Shown: positions 29,049 to 40,112 of the stretch, piece by piece | How the letters are laid out: every line of letters begins with the position of its first letter | Numbering within the stretch: position 1 is the first letter of the stretch | Source: Verrucomicrobiota bacterium | GTDB taxonomy: Bacteria; Verrucomicrobiota; Verrucomicrobiia; Opitutales; Seribacteraceae | DNA length: 64,000 bases | Assembly: GCA_027622665.1 (NCBI GenBank) | Contig: JAQBYT010000006.1 | Coordinates: forward strand, 103,858 to 167,857 | Reading direction: 5' to 3' | Made by a program: the position numbers and the translations under genes | Notes under the pieces: generated by a model | Database searches by the model: none | Seen by the model: the letters and a program-made list of their open reading frames with translations, nothing else | Told to the model about the DNA's origin: nothing

Positions 29049-30440
29049 CTAGCGTCTTCCGCGACTACTGGCTCTTCCGCGAGACCTCGTAAAGTTCCCG
29101 CGACCGCCTCCGCCGCTTCCACTATTGCCACCGCCTCGCTGGCCACCGCCGCCTCGGGGGTCTCCACCACCACCACCTCGTCGTCCTCGATTGCCTCCGA
29201 AGCTTTTGGGAGCAGAGGCGGTGGAACGCAAGGATTCCTCGCAATGGTAATCGTGTTCAAGATCGACCGGGATCGGCTTTCCCAGGAGGCATTCGATAGA
29301 GCGAAGGTATTCCTTTTCCTCTCCGCAACAGAACGAAATTGCAGCGCCGTTTGCTCCCGCGCGAGCCGTGCGCCCGATGCGATGGACATAGGTTTCCGAC
29401 TCAATGGGAAGATCGTAGTTTATTACGTGGGTAATGTCGTCGATGTCGAGCCCCCTAGCGGCGACGTCGGTTGCTACCAGTACTCGGTAATAACCGTCCT
29501 TGAACCCGTCTAGCGCCTTGGTGCGGGCCGCTTGGCTTTTGTTGCCGTGAATGGCTGTACTTCGAATGCCAACTGCGTCCAGCTTTTTCACCACCCGGTT
29601 GGCGACATGTTTCATCTGGGTGAAAACTACCGCCTTTTTGATGCTGGGATCTTTCAGCAGAGAAGCCAGAAGGGTCTCTTTTTTCTTCTTGTGAACATAT
29701 AGAACCTTCTGGGTAATCACTTCGACCGCAGGCTTCTCCGGAGCTATCGCGATTCTCACCGGATTGCGAACCATAGAATTGGCCAAGGCCTCCATTTTCG
29801 GAGCCATGGTGGCGGAAAAGAATAGGGTTTGCCTTCCTTCCGGGAGTTTTTCCAAGACACGTTTGATGTCCGGGATGAAGCCCATGTCGAGCATCCTGTC
29901 CACCTCGTCTAGAATGAAGGTTTCGACTTCGTTCAGATGAATATACCCTTGCTGCATCAGATCCAGAAGGCGCCCGGGAGTGGCTACCAGAATATCCACT
30001 CCTCGGTTCAAGGCCTTGACTTGACGATGCTGATTAACGCCTCCGAAAATGACGGTGTGAGTAAGCTTGAGAAACCGACCGTAGGTTTGGATACTCTCTT
30101 CAATTTGGGCGGCCAGTTCACGCGTGGGTGCCAAGATAAGTGCTCGCGGCGTGCCTTTTGCAGGTCGTTGAGAGTTACCCGAAAGCCTTTCCAGCAAGGG
30201 TAGGGTGAAGGCCGCGGTTTTCCCGGTGCCTGTCTGGGCAGTGCCAATTAGGTCTTTCCCTTCCAGCAGGAGGGGTATGCACTGCTCTTGAATTGGAGTG
30301 GGCGTGACGTACCCTTCTTCGGATACGGCACGTTGTAATTCCTCGATCAGAGTGCCAAATGCACCCTGTGGTTTCTTTATTTGTTTGTCCGAACCGGAAT
30401 GGTCGGAGTTTTCGCTATACGCGTCTTCTTGTTCGTTCAT
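29049..30440 (-). CDS. rhlE: DEAD-box RNA helicase (RhlE-like)
   Basis: Q-motif PTPIQ, AQTGTGKT, PTRELA, DEVD, SAT, HRIGRTARAG; Gly/Arg-rich tail. Confidence 0.92.
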   Translation of the reverse strand: MNEQEDAYSENSDHSGSDKQIKKPQGAFGTLIEELQRAVSEEGYVTPTPIQEQCIPLLLEGKDLIGTAQTGTGKTAAFTLPLLERLSGNSQRPAKGTPRALILAPTRELAAQIEESIQTYGRFLKLTHTVIFGGVNQHRQVKALNRGVDILVATPGRLLDLMQQGYIHLNEVETFILDEVDRMLDMGFIPDIKRVLEKLPEGRQTLFFSATMAPKMEALANSMVRNPVRIAIAPEKPAVEVITQKVLYVHKKKKETLLASLLKDPSIKKAVVFTQMKHVANRVVKKLDAVGIRSTAIHGNKSQAARTKALDGFKDGYYRVLVATDVAARGLDIDDITHVINYDLPIESETYVHRIGRTARAGANGAAISFCCGEEKEYLRSIECLLGKPIPVDLEHDYHCEESLRSTASAPKSFGGNRGRRGGGGGDPRGGGGQRGGGNSGSGGGGRGNFTRSRGRASSRGRR

Positions 30441-30701
30441 TTTTTTTCCTAGTCCGGGGTTCTATAAATCTCTACCCGCCGGACACGTGGAAAAGAAAGT
30501 ACCGCAATAGTCGCGATGGTTGTGCATTCTTACCGAAAAGGCCAGAATGCGATGTTCTGCCAACTTTAGGATTTGGAGTTTTTTATGCTCCCCACACCTG
30601 AAGTAAAACAAAGCTTCTACCTGAAAGCCCAATGGAATGCAAGCTCAAGGATAGCGACTTCCGAACCGACTCTCGTTAAGTGAAAAAGTAAATGTCTTTT
30701 T

Positions 30702-31034
30702 CTAACGTAGTCCCAATGCCTTCATTTGTTGCATAAGATCAGGTAAGTGTTCCATCAATGTGTTAAAGAGTCCCCAAGTGATCCAAGCTGTGGCGATCGT
30801 CAGAATGATAATACCCATGGTCAGAATGATTTTGGTATTTCTTTTATATTCCGGATGCAACCAAACCAAGGGAAGGGCAAGCGGGCCAAAGGAAAGCAGG
30901 GCGATAACCACGATTGAAGTGGCGAAATACCATTTTGTTTCAGGTCGGCGAGATTGATCAAGGAACTCATTGCAGTATCGGCACTTAATGGCTTCGTCCT
31001 GTATTTCTTCCGCACAGAAAGGGCATGGTTTCAT
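30702..31034 (-). CDS. Zinc-ribbon membrane protein
   Basis: MKPCPFCAEEIQDEAIKCRYC followed by two hydrophobic segments. Confidence 0.8.
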   Translation of the reverse strand: MKPCPFCAEEIQDEAIKCRYCNEFLDQSRRPETKWYFATSIVVIALLSFGPLALPLVWLHPEYKRNTKIILTMGIIILTIATAWITWGLFNTLMEHLPDLMQQMKALGLR

Positions 31035-31099
31035 AAGTCTTACTGTGTTCCCTTGGGATCAATAAGCCAAGGAAAGATTTCTCCCGTTGGTCGAAGCTT

Positions 31100-31848
31100 T
31101 TATTCCGGGGTCCCCGGTCTTTCAGCGATTCTATTCAAGGTCACCAAGATCGGCGTAGCTTGCTTGGGCTTCGATCGACCGATGAGCTCGCCTTTTTCGG
31201 AAACTGCCACGGAACCACCAAGTGTCGAACCGTCCGAATTCTTTATGGCATTGTCTCCAATTAAGTTTGCTTGGATGATCGAGCATTGGCAAAAGCTTGC
31301 TACCTCTTGCAGCAACCTTGTCCATGGCTCTTTGTCATTCCACTCCCAGTTGTCGTCCCACCCCCAGTAACCGGGCCATAGGATGGCATCGATGCTTTCT
31401 TTTCCGAGGAGTTCTTTGGCGTCTTCGATTTCTCGGCAAAAAATCAATGCCAACCTGAATCCCTGAAAGCTAAATACTCTTTTTCTCTTTTGAGGAACGG
31501 AGAAAAAAGCTTCCTCGGCGGGAATTAATCCCCTCTTGCGCAAAACCTCAATGACCTCGCCGTCTTTGCCCACAACAAGAGAACCGTTGTAGAATGAGTT
31601 TTTTTGGCGAATGGATGTAGGTATTACGGCTCCGACCCGATACTTCCGAGTTTCAAGGCTCTTCCAAATGCCTGCTGCATTACGTCCTCGGACAAATCCG
31701 GCCTCGCCGCGAAACCCGTAAGGGCGCACTCGGGAAACAACGCGAGGTCGGCTCTCGATTTAGCGGCAAGGGCCAGACCCTCTTCGGTCGCCTTCAAATT
31801 GCTTTTGGCGTTAGCGGAATTGGGAATTTGGATCGAAGCGACCTTCAT
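31100..31848 (-). pseudogene. Carbon-nitrogen hydrolase (nitrilase superfamily), frameshifted
   Basis: The N-terminal part (MKVASIQ...LFPECALTG) is in ORF 31624-31848. The rest (YN..., LRK, IFCRE, WPGYW) is in a different frame, ORF 31100-31729. The switch is near 31645-31660. Confidence 0.8.
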
Positions 31849-31881
31849 TCGCCTGTTTTAACTAAATCGACTCTCCGGGCC

Positions 31882-33321
31882 TTATTTCTTTTTCGGCTTC
31901 GGTTTGTTTTTCGGGCCTCTGGAACGAGGCTTGAATGGACCTCCGTAGGAGTCGCGTAACAGGTCGGAACGTTTCCGCATCTTTGCGAGCGTTGCCTTGT
32001 GCGCCTTGTCGCCGGCTAGGTTTTTTAGCTGGTCGGGATCGGTCTTCAGATCATGTAGAAACTCGAAGGGCGGGTTTTGCTCGAAGTAGCGGGCGTAGAC
32101 GTAGCGAGAACCGCGGACGCCTTCCCATTTTGGAATGCTACCGTTGTTCATGAGATGTTCGCAGAATGTATCGTCTCGCCAAGTCTTGGGTTTCTTGCCT
32201 GAGACGAGGCCTAGTAGACTGCGTCCTTGATAACGCTTCGGGGGTGCCGATCCTGCCGCCGCTAGAATGGTGGCGGGCACGTCGACGTTAAGGGTCATGA
32301 GCTCGTTTACTTTCCCTCGAGCGGACGGGGGAACTCGTGGGTCGTGAATGACTAGTGGCACGCGCAAGGAATCATCGTAGTGCGACCATTTTCCGGCGAA
32401 CCCCCGATTACCTTGGTAGTAACCGTTGTCTCCCATGAAGATGACGACGGTGTTCTTTTCCCGACCAGTCTTTTTGAGCTCGTCGAGGACGCGTCCCATG
32501 ACGCGATCGAGTCCGGTGATCATTCGGTAATAGGCTCTCACGTTGATTTGGTGCTTCTCGGGTGTATCCCAACGCCAAAACCATCGGTCGCGGTTCATTG
32601 ATTTGCGGAGAAACTCGGGCTGGCTTTCGAAGATTTTTGGGGCTCCCAGTCGCGGAGCCGGAATCGGAACGTCGTCGTAGAGCCCGTCCACCGCCTTAGG
32701 CCAGGGGAAGTGCCCGATGCCGGGCCGTTTGTCTCCGTCTTCCGCATGGGCCGCGTTGAAGCTGACAGAGAGGCAGAACGGTTTGTCCTTCGGGGCGGTA
32801 TCAAGAAACTCTATTGCCTTGTCGCCCGCGATTTCGCTGACGTGGCGGGTGCTGCCGTCTTTTTGTTTTTTGTGGTATGGATGTCGTCCGAGCGGGTTGA
32901 AGACGTCGAACATACCTTTGGTCCCAATCCCGCCGACGCCCACGCCGAACTTGCCCACAAACCCGGTGTGGTAGCCGGCGCTTCGTAACTGCGCCGGATA
33001 GCTGTCGGCGATGTGATCGCCCTCGATCGGGGGAGTGCCGAAGGTGAAGAGATGGGTTCTTTCGTAGAGCCCGGTGAATAGGGATGCACGACTGGCTGCG
33101 CAGATGGAGGTGGTGACGAAGGCGTTGCTGAAGCGCGTCCCCTCCGCTGCCAGTTTATCAATGGTGGGCGTCTTCACAATCGGATGACCTGCGCAACCGA
33201 GCGCATCGAAGCGATGGTCGTCGGAGAGAAAGAAAATGACGTTGGCGGCAGTTTCGGCCTTGGCCAAGAAAACGCTTCCGCACAAGGCGGCGGAACCGAT
33301 GAGTTGTTTCGTGTAATTCAT
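31882..33321 (-). CDS. Sulfatase (Cys-type, S1 family)
   Basis: NVIFFLSDDH, ICAASRASLFTG, GKF, DNG, GKW. Start at MNYTKQ. Confidence 0.95.
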   Translation of the reverse strand: MNYTKQLIGSAALCGSVFLAKAETAANVIFFLSDDHRFDALGCAGHPIVKTPTIDKLAAEGTRFSNAFVTTSICAASRASLFTGLYERTHLFTFGTPPIEGDHIADSYPAQLRSAGYHTGFVGKFGVGVGGIGTKGMFDVFNPLGRHPYHKKQKDGSTRHVSEIAGDKAIEFLDTAPKDKPFCLSVSFNAAHAEDGDKRPGIGHFPWPKAVDGLYDDVPIPAPRLGAPKIFESQPEFLRKSMNRDRWFWRWDTPEKHQINVRAYYRMITGLDRVMGRVLDELKKTGREKNTVVIFMGDNGYYQGNRGFAGKWSHYDDSLRVPLVIHDPRVPPSARGKVNELMTLNVDVPATILAAAGSAPPKRYQGRSLLGLVSGKKPKTWRDDTFCEHLMNNGSIPKWEGVRGSRYVYARYFEQNPPFEFLHDLKTDPDQLKNLAGDKAHKATLAKMRKRSDLLRDSYGGPFKPRSRGPKNKPKPKKK

Positions 33322-33422
33322 AGTAAGGTTGTACTTCAACAGAGACAGGGCAGCCATGTCTCAAGGGGGAGGCAATGTTTATTCAGGATTCGTGGTAGGA
33401 TTCATTTTGGGATTCGAAGCAA

Positions 33423-34343
33423 TTATTTTTCCGCAATTGTCTGGCCGATATGCTTCATGTCCTTGAATCGCGCGAGTACGACTTGACGGTGGCGTTCCTC
33501 GAGACTCGCTCGGCGTTCGGGCGAAAGAGTGCTCGCACAGCGAGGGCAGCATACTCCCGGTTCGTATTCGGAAGACTTTAAGTCCTCCGCTTTCAAGGGC
33601 CAGCGGCAACCGAAACAAATTTCGGCGTTTCCTTCTTCCAGTCCGTGGACGACGGAGACACGGTGATCGAAGACAAAGCACTCACCCTCCCACAGGCTAT
33701 CCTCCGGTTTTACGTTTTGCAGATAATTCAAGATGCCGCCCTTCAGGTGGTAGACTCTTTCGAACCCATTCTTCAAAAGGTGGGCAGAGGCTTTTTCACA
33801 GCGTATGCCACCCGTGCAAAACATGGCCACTTTTTGCTTTTTCGAATCACCGAGGTTTTGTTTTACGTAATCGTCCCATTCACCAAAAGCAGTGGTTTTC
33901 GGATCGATGGCTCCCTTAAAGGTTCCAAGCTCCACTTCGTAATCGTTGCGAGTGTCGATCAGCTTTACTTCCGGATCACTTATAAGTTCGTTCCAGTCTT
34001 CGGGGGAAACGTAGTTGCCCGCGCCATCGTTGGGATTCACCGATGGGTCTCCAAGCGTTACGATCTCCGGCCGTATGATGATGCGCAACCTGTGGAAGGT
34101 AAGACATTCGGTGGAACATTCTCGATGTGCCATTTCGACCAATCGTTTGTCGGAGCGAATGAAGGCAAGTACGTTTTCGACTCCTCGTTTAGGGCCGGCG
34201 ATGGTGGCGTTGATTCCTTCCGCGGCCAGAATTATTGTGCCCAATACATCGGATTCAACGCATTGTTTTTGCAAGAGTGCTCGGAAACCTTCGCAGTCGG
34301 GGAGGTCTACGAAATGGTAAAAAGTAGCAATCGTTTGTTCCAT
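33423..34343 (-). CDS. trhO: tRNA uridine(34) hydroxylase (UPF0176, rhodanese domain)
   Basis: FY.F, GTI.LA.EGIN.T, DTRNDYE...GTF, FCTGGIRCEK, LKGGILNYL, WEGECFVFD.R. Confidence 0.92.
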   Translation of the reverse strand: MEQTIATFYHFVDLPDCEGFRALLQKQCVESDVLGTIILAAEGINATIAGPKRGVENVLAFIRSDKRLVEMAHRECSTECLTFHRLRIIIRPEIVTLGDPSVNPNDGAGNYVSPEDWNELISDPEVKLIDTRNDYEVELGTFKGAIDPKTTAFGEWDDYVKQNLGDSKKQKVAMFCTGGIRCEKASAHLLKNGFERVYHLKGGILNYLQNVKPEDSLWEGECFVFDHRVSVVHGLEEGNAEICFGCRWPLKAEDLKSSEYEPGVCCPRCASTLSPERRASLEERHRQVVLARFKDMKHIGQTIAEK

Positions 34344-34514
34344 GGAAGTGTGGCGAAATGTTGTTTGAGATTCTCTCTCCTCGAGATAAGGATTTTTCTC
34401 TCGTTCATCCGAAGTTGAATGTTGTTTTAATGCTCCATGTGTATGATTTTCACGACCTTATTTCGGCCATGCCGTGATGTGGTCGGTGTCATTGAACACC
34501 GTTTGCCTCTAGGG

Positions 34515-35705
34515 TTAGCGACCTAGTTCGAGATCAGACCGAACCTCGGCGAACTTCTTTACCGCGAAGGTCAGGTCCTCTTGAGTGTGAGCGGCTGAAA
34601 TTTGAGTGCGGATGCGGGCTTTCCCCTGAGGCACTACGGGATACGAGAAGCTGACGACGTACACGCCTTTTTCCAACATGGCATCGGCTACTTTCGTGGC
34701 GAGAACGGCATCTCCGAGCATGATGGGAATAATGGGGTGCTCTCCCGGAAGGATTTCGAAACCGCTTGCGGATATTTCTTCGCGGAAAAACCGGGTATTA
34801 GCCTCAAGCCGGTCGCGCAACTCCGTGGTCTCCGTAAGTAGTTCGATGGCTTTTATGGAGCCGGCCACTATGCTGGGCGCTACGGTGTTGGAAAAAAGGT
34901 AAGGTCTAGAGCGTTGCCTGAGGTATTCGATGATTTCCGCTCGTCCGCTGGTGTAACCTCCGTTGGCGCCACCGAGAGCCTTCCCCAGCGTGCCCGTCAG
35001 GATGTCGATTCGTCCCATCACTCCTTGGTGTTCGTGGGTGCCTCGACCGCGCTTGCCCATGACGCCGACGGCATGCGAGTCGTCCACCATAACCAAGGCG
35101 TCGTACTCGTCGGCAAGGTCGCAGATGGCGGAGAGGTTGGAGAGATAGCCGTCCATCGAAAAAACGCCGTCGGTGACAATGAGCTTTCGGCGAGCATCTT
35201 TGGCTGCCACCAGCTGTGCCTCGAGGTCGTCCATGTCATTGTTCTTGTAACGGAAACGCGCTGCTTTGCAGAGGCGCACGCCATCGATGATTGATGCGTG
35301 GTTGAGTTCGTCGGAGATCACGGCATCGTCCGGACCCAGCAGGGTTTCGAATAGCCCGCCGTTTGCGTCGAAGCAGGAGGTGTAGAGAATGGTGTCCTCT
35401 GTTCCGAGAAAGGTCGTGAGCTTTTCCTCCAGTTGCTTGTGTATGGTTTGCGTTCCACAAATGAAACGTACGCTGGCGAGGCCATAACCCCATTCGTCTA
35501 GTGCTTCGTGGGCCGCCGAGATGACGTCGGGATGGTTCGCCAAACCAAGGTAGTTGTTGGCGCAAAGGTTGAGCACGGGAGCTTTGCGTCCCACTCCCAC
35601 ATTGGCGGACTGGGGGGAGTCGATGATGCGCTCCGACTTGTACAGGCCGGCGGCGCGAATGTCGTCGATTTCAGTCTTCAGTTGCTGCCGGCACTTCCCG
35701 TACAT
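34515..35705 (-). CDS. kbl: 2-amino-3-ketobutyrate CoA ligase (glycine C-acetyltransferase)
   Basis: [42 protein letters not shown]; adjacent to tdh. Confidence 0.97.
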   Translation of the reverse strand: MYGKCRQQLKTEIDDIRAAGLYKSERIIDSPQSANVGVGRKAPVLNLCANNYLGLANHPDVISAAHEALDEWGYGLASVRFICGTQTIHKQLEEKLTTFLGTEDTILYTSCFDANGGLFETLLGPDDAVISDELNHASIIDGVRLCKAARFRYKNNDMDDLEAQLVAAKDARRKLIVTDGVFSMDGYLSNLSAICDLADEYDALVMVDDSHAVGVMGKRGRGTHEHQGVMGRIDILTGTLGKALGGANGGYTSGRAEIIEYLRQRSRPYLFSNTVAPSIVAGSIKAIELLTETTELRDRLEANTRFFREEISASGFEILPGEHPIIPIMLGDAVLATKVADAMLEKGVYVVSFSYPVVPQGKARIRTQISAAHTQEDLTFAVKKFAEVRSDLELGR

Positions 35706-35707
35706 GA

Positions 35708-36730
35708 TTACCACTCCAATAAGACTTTGCCGCTTTCCCCACTGAGGGCTGTTTCGAAACCGTCCCGAAAATCATCGAATTTGAATCGGTGGGTGATGAC
35801 GGGCGCGATGTTGAGACCGCTCTGCAGCATCACTGTCATCTTGTACCAAGTCTCGTACATTTCACGACCGTAGATACCCTTGATCGTAAGCATGTTGAAT
35901 ACAACGGCGTTCCAGTCGATGACCATGTTTTTTTCGGGGATTCCGAGCAGTGCAATTTTGCCGCCGTGGCACATGTTGGATATCATGTCGTTGAAGGCGC
36001 TGGAGTTTCCGCTCATCTCAAGTCCCACGTCGAACCCTTCCTCCATGCCTAGTTCTTTCTGAATTTCAGTAATAGACTGTTCGGTGACGTTTACTGCGGA
36101 AGTAACCCCCATCTTTCTCGCCAATTCCAACCGATAGGGGTTTACGTCGGAGATGACGACGTGTCGGGCGCCGGCATGCTTGACTATGGCGGCGGACATT
36201 ATGCCGATTGGGCCGGCTCCCGTGATCAGCACGTCTTCCCCAAGCACGGGGAAGCTCAAGGCAGAGTGAGTGGCGTTGCCGAAGGGATCGAAAATGGAAG
36301 CCACGTCGAGATCGATGTTCGGGCTATGCGCCCACACGTTGGTTTGCGGAAGTGATATGAATTCGGCAAAAGCTCCCGGTCGCGTTACTCCGATGCCCGC
36401 GGTGTCGTTGCAAAGATGTCTTCGTCCCGCCATGCAGTTACGGCAATGCCCGCAGACTACGTGGCCTTCGCCGCTGACTATTTCGCCAAGGTGAAAGTCT
36501 CTCACGTTTCTTCCCACTTCCACTATCTCCCCCACGAACTCATGTCCCACGACCATGGGGACGGGGACGGTCTCTTGAGCCCATTCATCCCAGTTGTATA
36601 TGTGGAGGTCAGTCCCGCAGATGCCCGTGCGATTGACCTTTATCAGGACGTCATTGTCGCCAACTGTAGGTTCCGGCACGTCCTGAAGCCAAAGGCCTGA
36701 CTCCGGTTCTTGTTTTACTAGGGCTTTCAT
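35708..36730 (-). CDS. tdh: L-threonine 3-dehydrogenase
   Basis: [51 protein letters not shown]. Confidence 0.97.
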   Translation of the reverse strand: MKALVKQEPESGLWLQDVPEPTVGDNDVLIKVNRTGICGTDLHIYNWDEWAQETVPVPMVVGHEFVGEIVEVGRNVRDFHLGEIVSGEGHVVCGHCRNCMAGRRHLCNDTAGIGVTRPGAFAEFISLPQTNVWAHSPNIDLDVASIFDPFGNATHSALSFPVLGEDVLITGAGPIGIMSAAIVKHAGARHVVISDVNPYRLELARKMGVTSAVNVTEQSITEIQKELGMEEGFDVGLEMSGNSSAFNDMISNMCHGGKIALLGIPEKNMVIDWNAVVFNMLTIKGIYGREMYETWYKMTVMLQSGLNIAPVITHRFKFDDFRDGFETALSGESGKVLLEW

Positions 36731-36864
36731 TGCAATGTGAAATCAATCTGTTGGGGAATAAATAGGTTTATCCAAGCTTTTTCATGTTGGCGGAACTTCT
36801 TCAAGTCTTTCCGGTATTTAGAAATGTGGAAGGTGACGCCGGTTGGCTGAAGCGTTTTTTCTAA

Positions 36865-37770
36865 TCACGAAACCCAGTCAAAAAAACCGATCTCTTCCAG
36901 TTCGGCTTTCAGTGAGGCTTTGGCGGTTTCGGTGAGGTTGACCAAGGGGGGGCGAGCGGGTCCGCATGCCACTCCGAGCATGTCCATCACTGCCTTGGTC
37001 GCTGGCAGGTAACCATGGGCGGTGATGGTATCTATGGTCTGAATCGAACGGTCTTGCCATAGGTTGGCAGTTTCCAAATCTCCCTGCTCATAGGCTTTCA
37101 ATATGGGATGATAGATTTTTGCGGCGAAATTGTAACTGCTGCCAACGGCTCCGCGACAACCGATCTCCAGACCCTCGATTAGTTTTTCATCCGTACCGAA
37201 AAGGATGTCGAAGGAGCCGTCTTCCACTTGCATGCATTCCTTCAACAATTCTTGGTCCGGGTTGGTGAATTTCACTCCTGCGAGCGATGGGATTCGTTCG
37301 CGGCCTCGTCTAAGGAAATCCGCCGTATCTAGACTCACTCCGGTCATGGACGGGATGTCATAGAAATAGAAAGGTAGTTCCGGAGCCGCTTTCGTGATCA
37401 AGGCAAACCAATCGATCAGTTCGTCCACGCTTCCAGGCTTGAAGAAGCTCGGAGCCATTGCCCCGATGGCATCCGCTTCCGAGGCTTGAGCCGTTTTTAC
37501 CAAGGCTTGAGCATCCGGCAGATTGTTGTGACCGACGTGCGCTATGTTGACGAGCCCGTTTGCTTTTGCCTCTGAACCCCATGTCTTGAATAACTCGATG
37601 CGTTCTGCCGTAGAGTAGGAGTGGCATTCGCCCGTGGTGCCTCCGACGAACACTCCTTTCACTCCTGTGTCCGCCAGATGCCAAGCCTGTTTGGCCACTG
37701 CTTCCGTGTTCAGTGAATAGTCTGCGTTGCAGGGAGTGTGCGGTGCAGCGATAAGGCCTGTTAGTTTCAT
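36865..37770 (-). CDS. nanA: N-acetylneuraminate lyase (DHDPS family)
   Basis: GTTGE, FYFYDIPSMTGV, GVKFT, GTDE, GAVGSSYN; directly downstream of a sialidase. Confidence 0.82.
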   Translation of the reverse strand: MKLTGLIAAPHTPCNADYSLNTEAVAKQAWHLADTGVKGVFVGGTTGECHSYSTAERIELFKTWGSEAKANGLVNIAHVGHNNLPDAQALVKTAQASEADAIGAMAPSFFKPGSVDELIDWFALITKAAPELPFYFYDIPSMTGVSLDTADFLRRGRERIPSLAGVKFTNPDQELLKECMQVEDGSFDILFGTDEKLIEGLEIGCRGAVGSSYNFAAKIYHPILKAYEQGDLETANLWQDRSIQTIDTITAHGYLPATKAVMDMLGVACGPARPPLVNLTETAKASLKAELEEIGFFDWVS

Positions 37771-37816
37771 GCGGTGCTATTTCTTTTGTCCGGTAGGTAT
37801 GGTTGCAATCCCAGCT

Positions 37817-40069
37817 TTATTTCAGAAAATCTTTCCTTTTTGCCATGGCATCAAGTTCACTAAGTTTTAGGTGCACACATACAATATATGGTTTCTCTCC
37901 CTTGGCCCAGTGACCGTAGGTGGTGGTCACGATAGTGTTGTCGGGCAATACCTCCACCGGAGGGTAGGCGCAATCCCAACGGTTGGTGTTGTCCATCAAG
38001 CGCACCCGGTACTGGCCTTCATTTCCTTTTACGATATCTTCGTAAGTGCCGACCCAAGCCACCCAGTCGCCTTTGGTGGGTGTGTCGTGCGTGGTGTCGC
38101 GAAAGGAGATGAAGAGTCGACCGTCGGCAGTGTACTTGCCGGTATGTCGGTCGCCGGTAAGAGATGCAGGTAATTCGCGTGGATTCGTCCAGGTATTTCC
38201 TTCGTCATTGGAGAAGATGACATACGAGTTTCGCCGACGACTGTTTTCACGCAACAATACCGCTAGTTGCTTGCCATCTGGGGAGCGGATGATTCCGGGT
38301 TCGCACAGGTGGACGTCGGTACGGGCCAGAATGTTTTCCGGGTTCGACCAGGTAAGACCTCCGTCCTTGGAGAAGGTCTTGTACAATGTGAACATTACGG
38401 GGTTTTGGCGCATCGGCTGTTCTGTGAAGAATCGTCCGTCGTCATGGAACATGGCCATGTAGTTGCCTTTGCCCGTCTCCAGCTTCTCTAGGCAACCCAT
38501 TACCACGATTCCGCCCCAGTCACCTACTTGCTTCAGTTGGCTCCAGTTGGCTCCATCGTTCTCACTCACAGCCAGACGAGCGGGGTAAAGCCCCGACCAC
38601 ATGATGAGGCGCTTCTTGCCCTGGGCATCCACCACGCGATGAATGGTTGGCACTTCCCTGCTGGTGGCCCAGTTCTTGGGCGTGGGGAGTCGATCGCTCC
38701 ATGTCTTTCCACCATTCGAACTCCTTTTATAGGCGATGCCCCCCTTGCCATGCCCCTTTGGATATACGATCAACATGGTCTTGCCGTCTTCCAACAGGAC
38801 GGTGGTCGGGTGACCAAGATATTGTCCTGTTTCGCGATCAACGACCACTTGTCTGTGAGTTTGTGCGGAAAGGTCCAAGGTGGGTATAGTGTATCCGCGA
38901 GCCATGGGATTGTTGTTTCTTGAAGTGCCGTTTTCGACCCAATCCAAATCGAATCGGACGAAGACGATGCGTTTGTAACCATCTTTCTCGTAGAGGTTGC
39001 CTATCTCTTGGTTCTTCAAGACGGCCAGACAGGAATAGGCGCTGCCGCCGGGATAGAGTACACGCGAATGTTTCCAAGTAGCTCCATCGTCATAGCTAGC
39101 CCGGATGGTCAGCTTGTCTCTCTTGTTCGTGCTTCCTGGATTGGAGAAGAGGATTACTCCGGGACTTTCCTTGGCAGGCCATCGGAGCCTGCGTATGCTG
39201 GCTTGGCAAGTGGGCTCTATGAGTGTCTTGTCATGACGCTGGTCTTGCCAAGTGAGACCACCGTCCTCGCTGAAACAGACCTGTCGCGCCCGGATGCTCT
39301 GGTCGTAGTTTCTCATGTTGAGAAGAAGCCGACCGTTTAATAGCTCGACCACTTCGCATTCATTGACCATGGCCTTAGGCGCAATGCCACCGAGTTGCCA
39401 TGTCTTTCCGTGGTCGTCGGAATAGATGGCGTGTGACCGAAAGCTGCGGTCCCCATCCACCTCGACCTTGTGGTCGCAAGGGATGACGAGTCTGCCGGCA
39501 TTCTTGCCTTTCTCAAGTTGTATGCCTGCCCCGGGTCCTGTGGCGTACCATGTCCAATCCTTTTTTTTGGTCGCAGCAGTGATTTCCTTGGGTTTGGTCC
39601 AGGTGTTGCCGTCATCGGTGGAACTTGAAACGAAGACGCGGCGCGATTCTTCGCCGAAGCCCGACTTGATATTGCTTTCACGGACTTTTCCGGAATTCCA
39701 AGTTAGCAGAAGATGGATCGTTCCGGTGTCGCGATCCACCACGGGGCAGGGGTTGCCGCAGGTGTTTGGTCCGTCGTCCCACACCACGGACATGGACCCC
39801 CAAGACTTTCCTCCGTCCGAGGATCGCTTCATCACTAGGTCGATGTCTCCCGTGTCCGATCGGCTGTTCTTTCGTCCTTCGCAGAAGGCCAGCACGGTTC
39901 CCTTGACTGTAACCACGACCGAAGGGATTCGGTAAGTGTGGTATCCATCTTTTCCGGAAACGAATACGGCGGTTTCGCTTGGTGCGGCGGAAATAGGGAA
40001 GGCTAACGCAGCAAAAGTCGTTGCGACAAGAGCCGGCCATGTTCCATTGAAAAAGAGTTTACGTTTCAC
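37817..40069 (-). CDS. Secreted tandem two-domain exo-alpha-sialidase (GH33 plus a second BNR/Asp-box propeller)
   Basis: YRIP motif; Asp boxes SSDGGKSW, STDDGNTW, SDDHGKTW, SEDGGLTW, SYDDGATW; second domain with SSNGGKTW, SKDGGLTW, SNDEGNTW. Probable GTG start at 40069 before a signal peptide. Confidence 0.9.
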   Translation of the reverse strand: MKRKLFFNGTWPALVATTFAALAFPISAAPSETAVFVSGKDGYHTYRIPSVVVTVKGTVLAFCEGRKNSRSDTGDIDLVMKRSSDGGKSWGSMSVVWDDGPNTCGNPCPVVDRDTGTIHLLLTWNSGKVRESNIKSGFGEESRRVFVSSSTDDGNTWTKPKEITAATKKKDWTWYATGPGAGIQLEKGKNAGRLVIPCDHKVEVDGDRSFRSHAIYSDDHGKTWQLGGIAPKAMVNECEVVELLNGRLLLNMRNYDQSIRARQVCFSEDGGLTWQDQRHDKTLIEPTCQASIRRLRWPAKESPGVILFSNPGSTNKRDKLTIRASYDDGATWKHSRVLYPGGSAYSCLAVLKNQEIGNLYEKDGYKRIVFVRFDLDWVENGTSRNNNPMARGYTIPTLDLSAQTHRQVVVDRETGQYLGHPTTVLLEDGKTMLIVYPKGHGKGGIAYKRSSNGGKTWSDRLPTPKNWATSREVPTIHRVVDAQGKKRLIMWSGLYPARLAVSENDGANWSQLKQVGDWGGIVVMGCLEKLETGKGNYMAMFHDDGRFFTEQPMRQNPVMFTLYKTFSKDGGLTWSNPENILARTDVHLCEPGIIRSPDGKQLAVLLRENSRRRNSYVIFSNDEGNTWTNPRELPASLTGDRHTGKYTADGRLFISFRDTTHDTPTKGDWVAWVGTYEDIVKGNEGQYRVRLMDNTNRWDCAYPPVEVLPDNTIVTTTYGHWAKGEKPYIVCVHLKLSELDAMAKRKDFLK

Positions 40070-40112
40070 TTCTTGATTTTCCACTCTTAGACTTTTTGTG
40101 CCGCAGACATCT

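Noticed and set aside
29049..29200. Low-complexity GGC/GGT-rich stretch
   Set aside because: Encodes the ordinary Gly/Arg-rich tail of the DEAD-box helicase.
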